Notes: a model not told the origin generated them from the sequence alone. A DNA stretch of 64,000 bases from Chrysomallon squamiferum (GCA_012295275.1 CM022678.1:14446001-14510000); one strand, 5' to 3'. Shown: positions 12,806-27,038, counted from the first letter of the stretch. Numbers and translations: made by a program.

Positions 12806-15800
12806 ATTCATTAATCATGAACATATATAGACTCGTGGAAATACACCAGTACACACACACACACACACACACATGAACAAAAATATACATACACAAACAG
12901 AAAGAGACACTTTCCAAAAGACATTCAAATATGCATACACACACAAACACACACACATACATAAACATAAACACACTGATAAGTATATAAAAATGCACAT
13001 ACACATATACAAACACTAACATACACACACATATACACATACACACAAAATTTAATATTAGAATATTTCACTGTATTAATTTGATAGTGTTTTGTTATTA
13101 ATTTGTTGTATAATGTTGCTGTTCAGAACTGCGACTTGAGATAGAGGAAGGCAAACTGGGCCCGTATCTGGAGGACTTTGACGAAGGAGTGAAGGAAGAT
13201 GTTGTGTTGTTGGGAGACATCTCACTGAATGAGATCCAAGATGAGGAAAAACGTCTTCGAGATGAACACATTGCCTATCAGGTTTGTTACCATTCAGTAA
13301 GAGATAAATAATATTTAGAGAAAAATAAATACTTCTATGCACTTCAATGTACTCAGAAAATAGCAGATTTGATATTAGTCTTTTATTGTTTTTAAATGGA
13401 GCAAAAGCAGAATACAAACTTCTATTTTTGGAGTTCTTAATGATAATTATATATTAAATTCTCATAAACTTTGTAAATTTACAATAAGGCTATACATCAT
13501 AAATAATTGTACTTTTAATAGTTATTCTATTAGACCAAATATTCTTGTTTTTAAGGATTTTATTCTCTGGTTTAGTTTCCACTGACTTAATAAAATAATT
13601 TCTTCTTTAGACTTAGATAACCACAGAGCTTAAAACATACTGAAATCTGAAACATTTCTTGTCCCAAGTATTGTGGATAAAAAAATCTTCACCTGTATTA
13701 GAAGAATCATCTTTACTGGTGTTTACTAGTGAAACTGATTTTAAAATGTTTTACATTTTGTCTGTACTGACAGGATCAAGAGGCTGCTCATGCCAGACAG
13801 TTGGAGGAGAAACTGCTGCATCTTGAGGAGGAGATCAAGCAGAGAGTGGCCAGGTTCACGAAGGAGAAACGCTCAGACATTGCCAGACGGGAGGAGCTGA
13901 TGAAGCAGAGAGAGAAGCTGCTGCTGGATCGTCTGCACAAAGCGTTCAGACGTGCTGAGAGTCAGCTTGTCGGCACACTTGAAAGAAGAAAAGGAGAAGT
14001 GAAGGTAACTAAATACTAAATAATTTTTTAATTAACAGCAGAATTTTAATTCTGGTATATTAGTTAAGAGGATGAAGATAATTATAACAAAATGCTAAAC
14101 AGTTTTTTAATTAATGTTAAAATTTTCATTCTGGTTAAGAGAATGAAGGTAATTATAATATTCACAAAATACTTTTTCTACTCAACCATTAAAATTTTAA
14201 ATCTTAGATGTAAGAGAAGATAATTGTAACAAATACTAACTATATTATGTACTTGTCATTGAAATTTATATTCACAGATATTGATGCATCCAAAATTTCA
14301 GTCCACAGATTTTAATTTGATAAGACATTGAATATATGATTTGTCTAAATAAATGTGTTGAATATCCTGCTTTATTTTAATAGACTCTTTATGGAGATCT
14401 GATGTTGGCTGAAGGTCAGTATGGAGGAAGCCGAGGTCGAAGGTGGAAGGTTGACTGGGACAGGACTCCGCAGCCCATCCAAATCAAACTGAAATGTCTG
14501 CGTGGAGTTAAAGACAAGCTGCCAGGTATTTCTTCACCACAGTCAGTCTTAATGTACAAAATGAAATAAATACTGTAAACATAACGCTTGAGTATGTCAC
14601 ATCTAATGTAAGATTTCTTGTGTATCTAATTGCATAAAAGAATACTGAACCAGACCTGCACACACACACACACACACACCACTGACATACACAAACAAAA
14701 AAAACACAAATACTTACAGAAACAGTATATATAATATTGGTGTATGTGTGTTGTGTGTCATGAATCTCATGTTTACAATGTTTACAATGTTTACTACTTG
14801 ATAGCTGGCCGATATGTTATGATGGTTTCACTTCACAACCGGCTGGGTGGACATGTGATGCGATGGTCGAAACTGAAAGGTCAGCAGTGGGGAGGTGCTA
14901 CCATGCCAATGTTTCATGAGGGAAACTTTAGTAATGTGGAAATGAAGGTAATGTACTCAAAAATCATAAATTAGGTATTAATGAATTAAATTGATTGATA
15001 GCTAATAAAAGAATGATCATACTTAAGGTTTTATTATTTGTTACAGATAGATCAAAGTGTGTTCACTGTTCTGCCAGCCAAGCCATCTCTGCGACCTGGA
15101 TTTATTTTGGTCTTTGAATTGTTTCTGCTGCGTGGCTCTGTCGTACACACTGATCGGGTTGTTGGCTGGGGATGTTACCCAATTTGTGACGGGCAGTTTG
15201 ATATTATAGAAGGAAAGTAAGTGGAGTTTTATCAGGAATCTTTAACATTTTTATTCCTTAAAATGTTTCTTAAAAAACCAGCTGACCTCAAATCAGTCAG
15301 AATAGTTTTTTCCTATTTTCAGTAAAATATATATAAAACTATGTGAGTTACATCTGTCCATGCATCCATTCATCCAGCTCCATATGAGGATATATCTATA
15401 GCTATATCCATTTCAAACATTATTGTTAGCTTAAAATAAGTTATAACTTACAGGTATGCAAAATTATTTATATGAGTTATTTGGTTTGTATCCCAAATGT
15501 ATATTTGTAGTAAAAGTTACAATTTAAAATAAATGTTTACCAGAGATTATACATTATAAAACATAATCTACACTTTATGTTAGAAAGTATAGTGTCATCA
15601 AAGAATTTCTGAATATCAGATATGTAGATAAATAGTTCCTAAAAAATAAAAATAAATTTATATATAAGAAAATAATCATTGATTTTAATTATGATTGCTA
15701 ATGGTCACTATATATTCATCTTTCTTGTCCAGATGCCGTTGTCCATTCCTGCGAGGTGAGATTGACCCCCACATTGACAAACATGAGAAAATTGAAGAAC

Positions 15801-18800
15801 TGATGGCATCAGACATGGATCATTGGCTGAGTAACCTCTATTTTGAGGTGGTCAAACTTCCAAGGTAATCTTTGACTTGGCAAAAATATATTTTGTTTAC
15901 AGATACAGAGTTCAAATTGGTGCCAGTTAATGGTTTATTTAAAAAGAGCTATGAATCCTTTATTTTTAATTTTGTAAATATCTCTTTATGGTTCACTGAA
16001 GATCTAGTCTGCTTTGCTTGGAAAATTTATGCTCAGTTTGGTTCACTATATATTGTTTGTTAATCTAGGAGTGTTTATTTGTTTCACAGATACCTGGCAG
16101 GACAGAAAGAATATGAAGTTGAGCTGCAGTTTACATCTGCTCTCACTGGTTACCCAGACAGAATTAAAACAGGCTGGGAGGAGAATAAAGATGGAGAAGA
16201 TCCTCTCCCAGGCTCAGTGTCAGATGTTGGATCTGACGGATTAGTGACAGGGTGTGTACACATAGTGATTTCTCATGAAATAATAATAATAATAACACTA
16301 TGACAACAGTAATAACAGTAACAACAATAAAAATAATAAAGTTTTTTCTTTAAATGATAACAACAACAATGAAAATCAGTACCAGTAATAATCTTAATAA
16401 TAATAATAAGAAGAACAAGAAGAAGAAGAAGAAGAAGAAAAAGAAGAACAAGAAGAATATCACGTGTTAACAGTATTAAACTGCATTTAAAAAAGAATTC
16501 AGTAGTTTGAGGTTTTACATTTTACTATAAATTGAACAGTTATGTCAATAATCAGAATAAAGTATTTTATAACAGTGATTTTCATGTGCTATGTGACATA
16601 TCAGGTGTGCCATGGGAAATTATCCAACTACACTTTATTTGTCCAAAAAATATGATTCAGTTAATATAAACAATTTGCCATGGTTGTGTGTCTGTGCCTG
16701 CAATGTAGTGACTGGCAAAGTAATTAAATCCTCTTCCATGTACTATCATTGTAAATGGGTTATTTTGTAACACTTTCGGTTGGTGGTGGGACTCAGGATT
16801 TTTTTGATGTAAACAAATGTGCCTTGGCTCCAAAAAGGTTGAAAAACTGTTTTATGATATTTATTTTTTTGTTACAGTCTCTCTCAGTTGACATTGAGGA
16901 GTGGGGACACAGAGGTCACCACTAACAAATCTGATGCTGCACCCTCCAAAGTGAAACTGTCAGAGCAAGAATCACCCTCAAAGGTTTGTTTTTATCTTCT
17001 CTTGATTTTCCAGTCAGTGTAATAACTGAAATATAACAGTCTGTGAATTTATTGAAAGAAATGTTTACAAACATATTTTCTCAAAGCTGTTTCATTACAG
17101 AGTTATAAATGAAATCAAGATATCTTTATTCATGTGTCATTGGCACTTTTTCTTAAATTTTTTTAATTTTAATTTTTTTTATTGTTAATTTTTGGTTTTT
17201 CAGGTTTCTAACTATTTTTTCTTATTTTACTTATTTTTTTTACATTTTTATTTTCTCTCTGCTGAGAATCATTCCACTGTTTATATTCAGCTTTTTGTTG
17301 CTTGTTGATTTATATTAGTAAACAGAATCATCACTAGCAGTTTTAAATGATAATTAAATTTGTTAATAACTGTGTTGTTCCCACACAGACAGCAACTACA
17401 ACAATCATGTCTCGTGTGATCACAAAGGAAAACAAGAAAGTGAAACTTGAAGACTCATCAGAGGAAGAGAGCGAAGATGAATCCATGTACATCATCAAAC
17501 ATGAGGAAAACTTCAAACCGGTGAAAGGAATGCAGGGCATGTACTACAAGGTGATCATTTGATTCAGTACAAAAAGTTTAACTCTGATTAATTCCCTCCC
17601 TCGAGAAAATGGAAAATTGACTTAGCTGATATCCCAGTATTAGAAATATTTTGGTTACTATTTGTGTACTCCTTATTCCCACCCCCCAAAAAAAGAAATA
17701 TAATTAATTTTTTAATTTACTTGTTTTATAAAAATATCAATCATTAATTATAATTTTTAATATAATTTTATTTATTTCTAATTATTTCTAATTTTTATAA
17801 AACATTAGTAAAATTTGCAACCCTAGCTAATTAAAAATAGAATTTCCATTACAGTTCCATTGTTTATTTAATAACAAGGATTATTTCTCACTGACAGCGC
17901 TATCTCAACAACCCTACAGACGTCTACTACAGACGTATGTACTCAATGCTACCCAAAACTCAGCTGTTGGTGCCACAAAAGAAACGTAAGAAGCTGACTC
18001 ACCTCGAGGAACTGGAACAGCATTCATTCAGTGTCCAGTAAGTCAATATATTGTAAACAAATTCCTTAATTAATTTGTATTTATTGATTCATTATCAGAT
18101 TTAATTCACCTTCAGTTCTGAGTGATAAGTTTTTTAGATTGTGTAAATAATCCTTACCTTTCAATATATTTTAATTTTCAGACCTGCTTTCACTGGCAAA
18201 GGTCAGATGGCACAACACAGCAGGGAGAAGCTTACTTACATCAGACGACAGTTTCTTGCTGAACTTGGTCTCTCTCAGTGGAGGAGCAGAGAATTTTGGG
18301 GGATGCTTCTTCTGTTCATTGTTGTCTTCTTTATCAGACTCTTCATGCACTACCTAGGCCAGTGGACATTCCTCAATGCCATAGAAATCCCCATCAACAA
18401 GTACAGCTATTATTTTATTATTTTAATTTTATTTATTTATTCTTTTTTTTTTTTTTTTTTTCATTGGTTTTTATATTTTCTTTTTTTTTTACAGCTTTTA
18501 AAAAAGATGTGAAAAAAAATATATAAATTATATTTTATTAATAAATCACAATGAAGACTTCTAATTGAATTTTTTTGCTTTTTTTTTTTTTTAAGCTCTA
18601 CATTTTTGTTTATAGTTTAAATTGAAATTGTGATAAAAATTATATCAAAATTATGTTGATGGATTTCTTCCTTTCTTTTTATGGTTTAAAATGTATGAAA
18701 TGTTGATAAAATGTATGTTGAATGTGATGTCCATAAAATTTACAGTCATTTTCTTTTTCATTGTCAATCTTTCTTTCTTCTTCCTTTTGTCATTATAAAC

Positions 18801-21800
18801 AATATAATAATTTGTCGTATGTTAGCATATATGTACAACACACAAAAATAGCTTTTAATAATTCCAATTTCTGTTTGAGTAAAACATAATTATTTACATT
18901 TGACTTGGAATTATTAATTTCACTTGACAGATTTAACTTCCTCCCATACACTGTAGAGCTGAACTACCAGCCGACCTTGCTGAGGGCCCGGGAGGAGATT
19001 GCTGTTGTCATCTTTGGTCCAATGATGAACATTGTTTTGTTTTCTCTGCTGGTTTTCTTTGCCTGGCTCTGTCCAAAACTCTTCAACACATTTCCCGATC
19101 TCTTCTCCAAGTTTGTAATCAACTACGGCCTGGCTACACTGCTTGATCCTCTCCTGATCCTCATCATTGACTGCATCCTTGGGGTATTTCTTATTCAGTG
19201 TTATTAATTACTAATAAGAATATCTAGATTAGAATATCTTTATTGAGTAAGTTGCTGAGAAGAATAAATTAAGAATAAATGATATTTGTATTTTTGACAA
19301 AGTAGACAAAAATACCCATTTATTTGTAACAATGACATATTCTGTTTATTTTCTTTTGTGATAGGTTTTATTATGTCCATAAATTAAATGTCATCAAGAT
19401 CTTTGTGTTTGACAAATTATCACAAAATAGTTAAACATTGTTTGTAATTTTTCATTTATATATATTTATTTATGTTATTGTGCCAGATTTCATTTTAAAT
19501 ATTATTTATTACAGAGATGTTTAAACATTGCCTATTACAGAATGTTTAAACATTGTCATTTACAGAGATGTTTAAACATTGTCTCTTACAGAATGTTTAA
19601 ACATTGCCTGTTACAGAATGTTTAAACATTGTCATTTACAGAGATGTTTAAACATCGTCTCTTACAGAAATGTTTAAACATTGCCTGTTACAGAATGTTT
19701 AAACATTGTCATTTACAGAGATGTTTAAACATCGTCTCTTACAGAAATGTTTAAACATTGCCTGTTACAGAAATGTTTAAACATTGCCTGTTACAGAAAT
19801 GTTTAAACATTGTCTCTTACAGAAATGTTTAAACATTGTCTCTTACAGAGATGTTTAAACATTGTCATTTGCAGAGATGTTTAAACATTGTCATTTGCAG
19901 AGATGTTTAAACATTGTCATTTACAGAAATGTTTAAACATTGCCTGTTATAGAATGTTTAAACATTGTGTATTATAGAGATGTTTAAACAGCTATTACAG
20001 AGCTATTTAAACATTGTTTATTACAAAGATATTTAAACATTGTGTACTACAGAAATATTTTGTATTATCTGTTACAGAGATATTAAACATTGTACATTAA
20101 GAGATATTAAACATTGTGTATTATGAGATATTTAAACATTGTCTATTACAGAGATATTTAGATGTTGTGAATTAGGATATTAAACATTGGGTATTAAGAC
20201 ATATTTAAACAGTGTGTATTAAGAGATATTAAACATTGGGTATTAAGAGATATTAAATAGTGTGTATTAAGAGATATTAAACATTGTGTATTTAAGAAAT
20301 ATTAAATACTGTGTTATTAAGAGATATTAAACATTGTGTATTACAGAGATATTTTAATATTGTCTATTACAGAGATATATTGACCAGGCTACTGAGCCAA
20401 TCGCTGACTTTGCCAAGTTGTACTGGAACTTCTACAGATCACAAGGATCTGGACTGGCAGGAATTTTCATCACAATCTTTCTTTATGTGTTCACCACCTT
20501 CATCACTGGATCCATTCTCTACATGTACTTTCTACGGTAAGACAGTACAAGCATACATCCACAGATATACCCACAGTTACATCCACTACCATCCAACAGA
20601 TATACACACACTTTTAATCTGAGTATTTTAACCATCAAACCATTACAGAGTGATTTTAACATTATAGTTTTATTTATTATTACAAAGGTTACACAATAAT
20701 GGACGTATGTTGGACATCTTCTGGAGACTTCATGGTGAAGAAGTCAATTTCTTCATACCATATGATCTGGAACTGTCCAATCAGGAGCTGTCTTACATCT
20801 GTCGCAAGGCTGAGCAGTGGAGGGGTGAAGAGGGGGAGCGACGTAAAGTGGCTGTCTATGATTATATTTGGGAAGAGGAAGAGGTCAGTTTTCAATTATA
20901 TATTATTTACTGACATCAGTATAATTATAAATAACTTTAATATTATTTTATAATACATACATGCCTTCTTACACACAGACAAACACAAGCAATTTTTCAA
21001 AATGCCTGTTTATTCTGTATGTATGACTTTTTAGGGAGGAAGAGAAAATATTTGGATAAACATTATTATATGAATTAAAACACATCATTTAAGATATATT
21101 ATTTGATTTGTTTCAGGTTGAGGAGAGTATCTGGAATGAGAATGGTGAAGAGACTGGACAAAGACGAAATGTGAGGAAGGAGGTTACAACTCACATCTCC
21201 ATCCACACCCTGCACCTCGACGGCCTCAGAGTACTCTACAGACACTTTCTGCGTCTGCCAGACGGTGCAGTAGTTGAGGTAATTTTTATTTCAATCACTG
21301 TAAGAACATTAGCCTATATAGAGACAACAGAAGGATCTCTCTGTTTAGTTGTTACTACAATTTAAAATGTTTTATTATTTTTCTTTATCGTCATTCTTTT
21401 ATTGATATTCATGAAGATATTTTAATATTCTGTTTGGATGGTCATTGTTTCTTGTTTTGTTATTTGATTTGCTAGGTGTTTGGAGATATGTCTGTGCCTG
21501 GGATGGATCGTGATGTCAAGAAGGCTTTAGAAAAAGGTTCTAAAGGGCTGGAAAATCTGCTGGTTTCCAAGTCAGGGATGGTATGTACAGTAAAGAATAT
21601 TAGAAGTAACTTTAAAATATTCAGCAATTGTTAACAGAATTAAAACACAAAAAGTTTTTTAAAAAAAATTAGTTTATTGTCTCCTTTAATTCTGCACTGC
21701 ATATCATGACTATTCTCCTGTTTACATTTTTCTTAGTTTTTTCAATAACTGATCTTAGAGAATATAAAATTAAAAAATAATATTTAAGTTTGTCCATCTA

Positions 21801-21980
21801 ACATAATACACAGTAACTGTACAGAGATAACTGAGTGATTTTATAAAGATAGGTTGTTGTTTTCAGGTTCGAGGCAGACGCACGGTGAACACGAGTCTCG
21901 GGTTTCGGCCTGACACAGGACGGAGCAGCTCACCAACACCCAGCAGTGCAGACTCACTGCCTGACAAAAAACACATGTAA
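11483..21980 (+). CDS. OFCC1: OFCC1/ojoplano (Opo)-like protein, ~1019 aa: coiled coil, C2-like beta domain, multi-pass TM region
   Basis: 20 coding exons join in frame: 11483-11560, 12131-12215, 12525-12665, 13127-13281, 13774-14004, 14384-14525, 14805-14947, 15047-15216, 15733-15864, 16090-16251, 16878-16983, 17389-17550, 17898-18037, 18182-18400, 18931-19183, 20373-20536, 20688-20883, 21117-21278, 21476-21580, 21867-21980. Motifs PQPIQIKLKCLRGVKDKLP, FELFLLRG..DRVVGWG, LHNNGRMLDIFWRLHG..FFIPYDLELS and LYRHFLRLPDGAVVE are recalled as OFCC1-like. Hydrophobic TM segments are encoded between 18182 and 20536. The gene model is more certain than the name. Confidence 0.8.
13590..13695 (+). mobile_element. 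Terminal fragment of a Tigger4/Zombi (MER46)-like DNA transposon
   Basis: tgaaatctgaaacatttcttgtcccaagtattgtggataa...cacctg followed by TA. Collinear with the copy at 57078-57132 and with the recalled MER46 terminus. Confidence 0.6.
16573..16849. mobile_element. Non-autonomous hAT (Charlie-like) element / MITE
   Basis: Ends cagtgattttca...tgaaaaactg form an imperfect TIR. Flanked by an 8-bp TSD ttttataa / ttttatga (7/8). Internal gtgtgcc motifs near both ends. Confidence 0.75.
19505..20372. repeat. ~29-30 bp minisatellite, roughly 28-30 copies, with palindromic core ATGTTTAAACAT
   Basis: Unit ttacagagatgtttaaacattgtc(at/tc). Homogeneous on the left and more degenerate towards the exon starting at 20373. 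Confidence 0.95.
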
Positions 21981-22150
21981 ACCAATATGTAAACAGTAAA
22001 CTAAACTTGGTTTACTACCAGACATTTAAATAGTAAATCCAATATGTAAATAATTAACCAAAATGTAAACACTAAACAAGCCATATAAACAGTAAACCAA
22101 ACATGTAAACAGTAAACTAAATGAATAAACAACTAAATAAAACATGTAAA
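21975..22150. repeat. Degenerate ~20-bp repeat (atgtaaacagtaaaccaa) starting at the stop codon of gene 2
   Basis: About eight imperfect copies immediately after ATG TAA. Confidence 0.6.
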
Positions 22151-25100
22151 TAAAAAATTAAAATTAAAAATTAAATAAAAACTGTTTTATACCATATGAT
22201 ATCAGATAGTGTGAACAATACAAATGTGACACATGTCAGACTGTTTATCCTGAAACCAAACACAACAAAACCTGCCTCTAAATGTGAAAAAAATCATGAG
22301 AAATTAAACTGACATTTGAAAATATAAAAAGAAACCAAAAGAAAAACATCCTTTGTAAAAATTTAATTTTTTATTTAGAAATGTATCTTTTTTATTTATT
22401 TATTAATATTATTTTTTTATAAATGCATTTTTGTGTGTTTGTGTGTGTATAACTTCTATTGCAGTATACATTCCAAATTATGTAAATTGCTGTTCTAAAC
22501 TATTTACAGTGAAATAACTTTTTGAAAGGCTAATTTACAGTATCATTTTTATATATATATATATACATAATATTTTTCCAAAATGAATGTTGACATTCTG
22601 TTACTGTTAGTTTTTTGTTAGTGTGAAACTGTCACATTTGACAGAATTTCAGATTAATCTGATACTGTATTGCATTTAGGTGTAAAATAGATTAATTGTT
22701 GTTGTGTTTTTCTTGTTGGTTTATTTTTTCTTTCTCTTTATTTTATTTTTTTTTATTTTATTTTATTTCATTTTTTTTTTTTTTTTGCTTTCGTAAAATA
22801 CAAACCAACATTTTTATATTGTGTTACTAGGGAAGGGTTTATATTAATAATTATATTTTATCTTGAAAGATAATTTACTTTAACTAGCTTTAATATAACT
22901 TCTTTATTTAATCTGAAACAGCTGTTATCTGTGATATTTAATCATTATTTGTTTTCCCTTCAATTAATATATTTTTAAATAACATTTTTAATTTAACTGT
23001 TTTTTGTTTTTTTTATATTTTTGTAACCTTTAACTGTGATAATTTGACAATGTGCTCTGTTAAGTCCGCTGCTGGCAGCTGTTTTGCAATCTATATTAAA
23101 AACTATTTTAACACGTCGTGTGTTGTTATATGTGTACATTTTATGTAATTCATTGATGAGTTGTTGCTTGTATCAACAAAACAGTGAAATACCAGATTTA
23201 AAAAAACAGTGACAACGCACAAAAAAAGGAAAGAAGAAAGAAAAGACACACACATACACACACTAAATATTTTAAAAACCTGCAATTTCTGCTCAGTGTA
23301 TAAAACTATGAAAACATAATATATAATAGGAAATAAAAAATATAAATAAATAAATATATTATATTAACAATATTAACAATAAAAAATATTTATGTTTTAA
23401 TATGATAGAATATTGTTTGTTTTTAAGTATATTGAAATTTTAAAATGAATCGAATACTTCCCCCAAAGACTTAAAGGGAGTATGAATTGTATATAAGAGA
23501 AAAAAAATGATAATAAAAAAGTAATAATAATAATAATAATAATAAAATGAATACATTACAATATTTTTTAAAAAGCAGTTTTCCTTCCGGTGTGTTAGTT
23601 TGCATATTGATATCTGGAGATTACAATATATTACTATTTTCTTCAACTTACTTATCGTATAACCTTTTTTTATTTTTATTTTTTACATTCTTAGTTTACA
23701 CACACAATTGGGATTAGTATAATCATATCGTATACAAATATATGCAACAATGAAAGACGGATTCCCTTGTCATTTAGTTTCGAATAATTAGTACTGTTTA
23801 TTTTTATTTTTACTTGTTTGATTCTTTATTTTTGTAAATTTGAAAATTAAGTTTTCTGTTCCTTACATCTTATTTTTATTATTATTATTATTTTGATGTT
23901 GTTTTTTGTTTAGTTGTACTTATATTTGTTTTTCTAATGCTGACATACAGATTTATATAGTTTCGGTGAGTAAAAATGAAAAAGGCCAAAAAAAGGCAGA
24001 AAATGTTTCAAAAACGTAGAATAACGTTTGAATTCCTCATTTTTACTTTGTCATCCTCCCCATAATAATCATCATCATCATAATGATTATCATAATAACA
24101 AATTAATATAAATAAATAAACAAAGAAAAAAGAAAAGAAATTAACCAAACAATACTATTAAGAGTTTTTAATTCAAAACATTTCGGCACGCAATAATAAT
24201 TATAGCCATACCCATATATCAGCTATAGTAGCAGTATATATTTATTATTCTATTTCCTTTTTAATGACTAACTAAATAAAAGATGTTTTAATGGGTGTCA
24301 TTAATAGATATAAGTTTTAATTGGTACTTAACTCTAACTAAATATTCTCATTTTTAATCGAAAATCCAAAATGGCGTGATCGTCTGCTTATTTCAATTAC
24401 AAAACCAATTTGTCATGAATAAATTATCATTCTGCAGTACTTTCACCCGCAGCAACACGTTTCAAAACAGACCTCAAATTAAGGTTCAGATATATTTGCT
24501 TATACGCTGGCTTCTCTGTCATGCATTTTTCATTGCATTAGTTAATTAATACATACGAAGCATTGTCAAGGAAGATCTTAAAATTTATCATAACGACCAA
24601 TACAGTGCCATCGACAATTAACGAGACTAAGGCTCTTGACACGATTAATATCGGCATAAACAAAAACAGAGTGAAAAACAAACTGATAACACAACAACAA
24701 CATTTCAACGCAAACTGTTCTTTATAAATAAATGATGTTGTGAAGATAAAAGTATGTCAGTGATATTATAAGCAGAACGTACAATTTTAGCCATTAAATT
24801 TTGGTAACAAATATTTTCCTTTTTACAGTTTTATTGTTATTATTAGCTTATATGTTAAGCGATTTCTTTTATCAGATTTTTGTTCCTAGTGAAATTTTAT
24901 TTTATTTTTTTTATTTTATTTTATTTATTTATTTATTTTTGTCACTAATCTTTAATGACTGAGTAGATAATTTAACTGCATTGAAACATTTTTAAAATGC
25001 TATATTAATAAATAAAGAAAGAAAAAGTAAAATGAGTGAAAAAATCATCCTTGTTGTAATTAATGATTCGGAAAATATCCCATTCATTTCATCATTCTAG

Positions 25101-25415
25101 CGGTGTTTTTATTTTATTTTTTATGTTAGTTTTTTTTGTTTTGTTTTTTTTTAAATTTAATTATTTTTTTTTTAGGGTTTTTATTTATTTATTTATTTAT
25201 TTATTTATTCACTTACTTTATTATTATTATTATTATTATTTATTCATTTATTCATTTTTTTATTACTGTTTATTTGTTTTGGGAAGGTTTTTTTAAAACT
25301 ATTTTATAACATTTGAATTTCATTTTCTATTTTTTTTTTTTTTTTTTTATTATGATTAATATTATTATTCATAATAATAACGATTCCTATTATCACTGCC
25401 GGTTCTATATATAGT

Positions 25416-25464
<49 letters not shown>

Positions 25465-25939
25465 CTCATTTTCAAAGAACTCCTCTTTTCTGACATACCG
25501 GAGCCGCCCCTATTGTCTGTTGTAAGTTCTAAAATACTTGGCGGCAAAATTTATAGATTTGTTCTTGATACAAGTCAAAAAAATATCGTCATTAATAAAA
25601 GACAGCTGCTAGGTTTTCATGCGCTGTGCATATGGTCAAAAGATTTTATAGGCATTTCTTTTCTATAACAAATTTGCACAAAGACAGCTTTAAAGTGGTT
25701 TATCTTTGTTGAGAATTCGTAGTTTACATGTTAATACTTGAAATCAAATTTGACGCATTATTTTACAATAAACACTACATAACGTACTGAACCGATTTAC
25801 GTTAACAGAAAGAAAATGAAGAAACTTCATGGTGGTTTGTTTGTAATTTATGAACGATAAAGACTGATAATTTGAAATGTATCGACTTTCCATGCTACAG
25901 CTTTTGTTACTCAAATTCCACAACATAATAACCACCCCA

Positions 25940-25976
<37 letters not shown>

Positions 25977-26458
25977 TAATAAATAAATAAATACAAAATG
26001 GAATGAAAAGTGTCACTTGTATTTTGTTTTTATTCATCTTGTCTAGTCTCGATGACAGAAAACTTTGATGGGTCTAGTTATGTAAATGTAATAGAGGTTC
26101 ACAGCGTGCGACTTCTATTGATCGTTATTTAATGTTCTTAGTGACGCTTCGTGTTTCGTGAAGGAGCAAATTAAGCAGACAAATGTATCCCAACACCAAA
26201 ATAAAATATATTAACACAACAGAAAAGTCAGGATGAACTTTTAAACTGTTCTCAATCAGATTCCCACCTAATACAGCTCGCTATGTTTGTAAATATCCGC
26301 ATACAAAATATTAACAACAAACATAATAACAACCGATCTTACCATTGTTGCAAATAACGCAGTCTTGCTATGTATTAAATATTTAATTATTTTCAAACTG
26401 AATATAAACTACTTTGTCGATTATCTATGTAAGTAAAGCGATTCGCAGTGACAGTGCG

Positions 26459-26568
26459 GTCACGTGACGAACACAGACATTACTTATTAGCTGCAAACAA
26501 CTAACAGCAACACAGACCGATAAGATAAATCAGCGCATGTCTTTGTCAGCGGAGTGTTGTGTGACAAG
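26459..26568 (+). promoter_or_regulatory. Palindromic E-box/CLEAR motif GTCACGTGAC and putative non-coding first exon of gene 3
   Basis: GTCACGTGAC at 26459-26468 and a strong donor aag|GTAAGT at 26568/26569. The next acceptor is tttcag| at 29256, 22 nt before the ATG. Confidence 0.55.
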
Positions 26569-26773
26569 GTAAGTACAAGATTTATTAAATGAAAGTAGTT
26601 AAAACAAAAACATTATTGACATCAGTTTCTTTGAATTCTATAATAACAAATACTATTAATTTCTAAATATCTTAATACTTATTTTATTTTTTCATATTGT
26701 TTTTATTTATTTATTTATATTTATATTTATATTTATTTATTTATTTATTTTTATTTTTATTTATTTATTTTTA

Positions 26774-26817
<44 letters not shown>

Positions 26818-27038
26818 TTAATGTTAGTTGAGTCAAAGAGTTCATGTTACTGGGTACAAAAGACGTATTAAAGGCAATCTAAGAAGAGGTGACAGAACAC
26901 ATATATCAAAAAGCTGGTTAGCATTTTAAATCTACCTGAAGTAAGGTGTACCTTTTAATGTTAGTGTTGTTAAGATATTGACTACTACTACTAATTATTA
27001 TTATTTGTGTTGTTGTTGTTGTAATATTAAAATAATGA

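Noticed and set aside
19505-20372. CRISPR-like ~30-bp palindromic repeats
   Set aside because: No spacers; it is a tandem repeat related to the adjacent splice acceptor.
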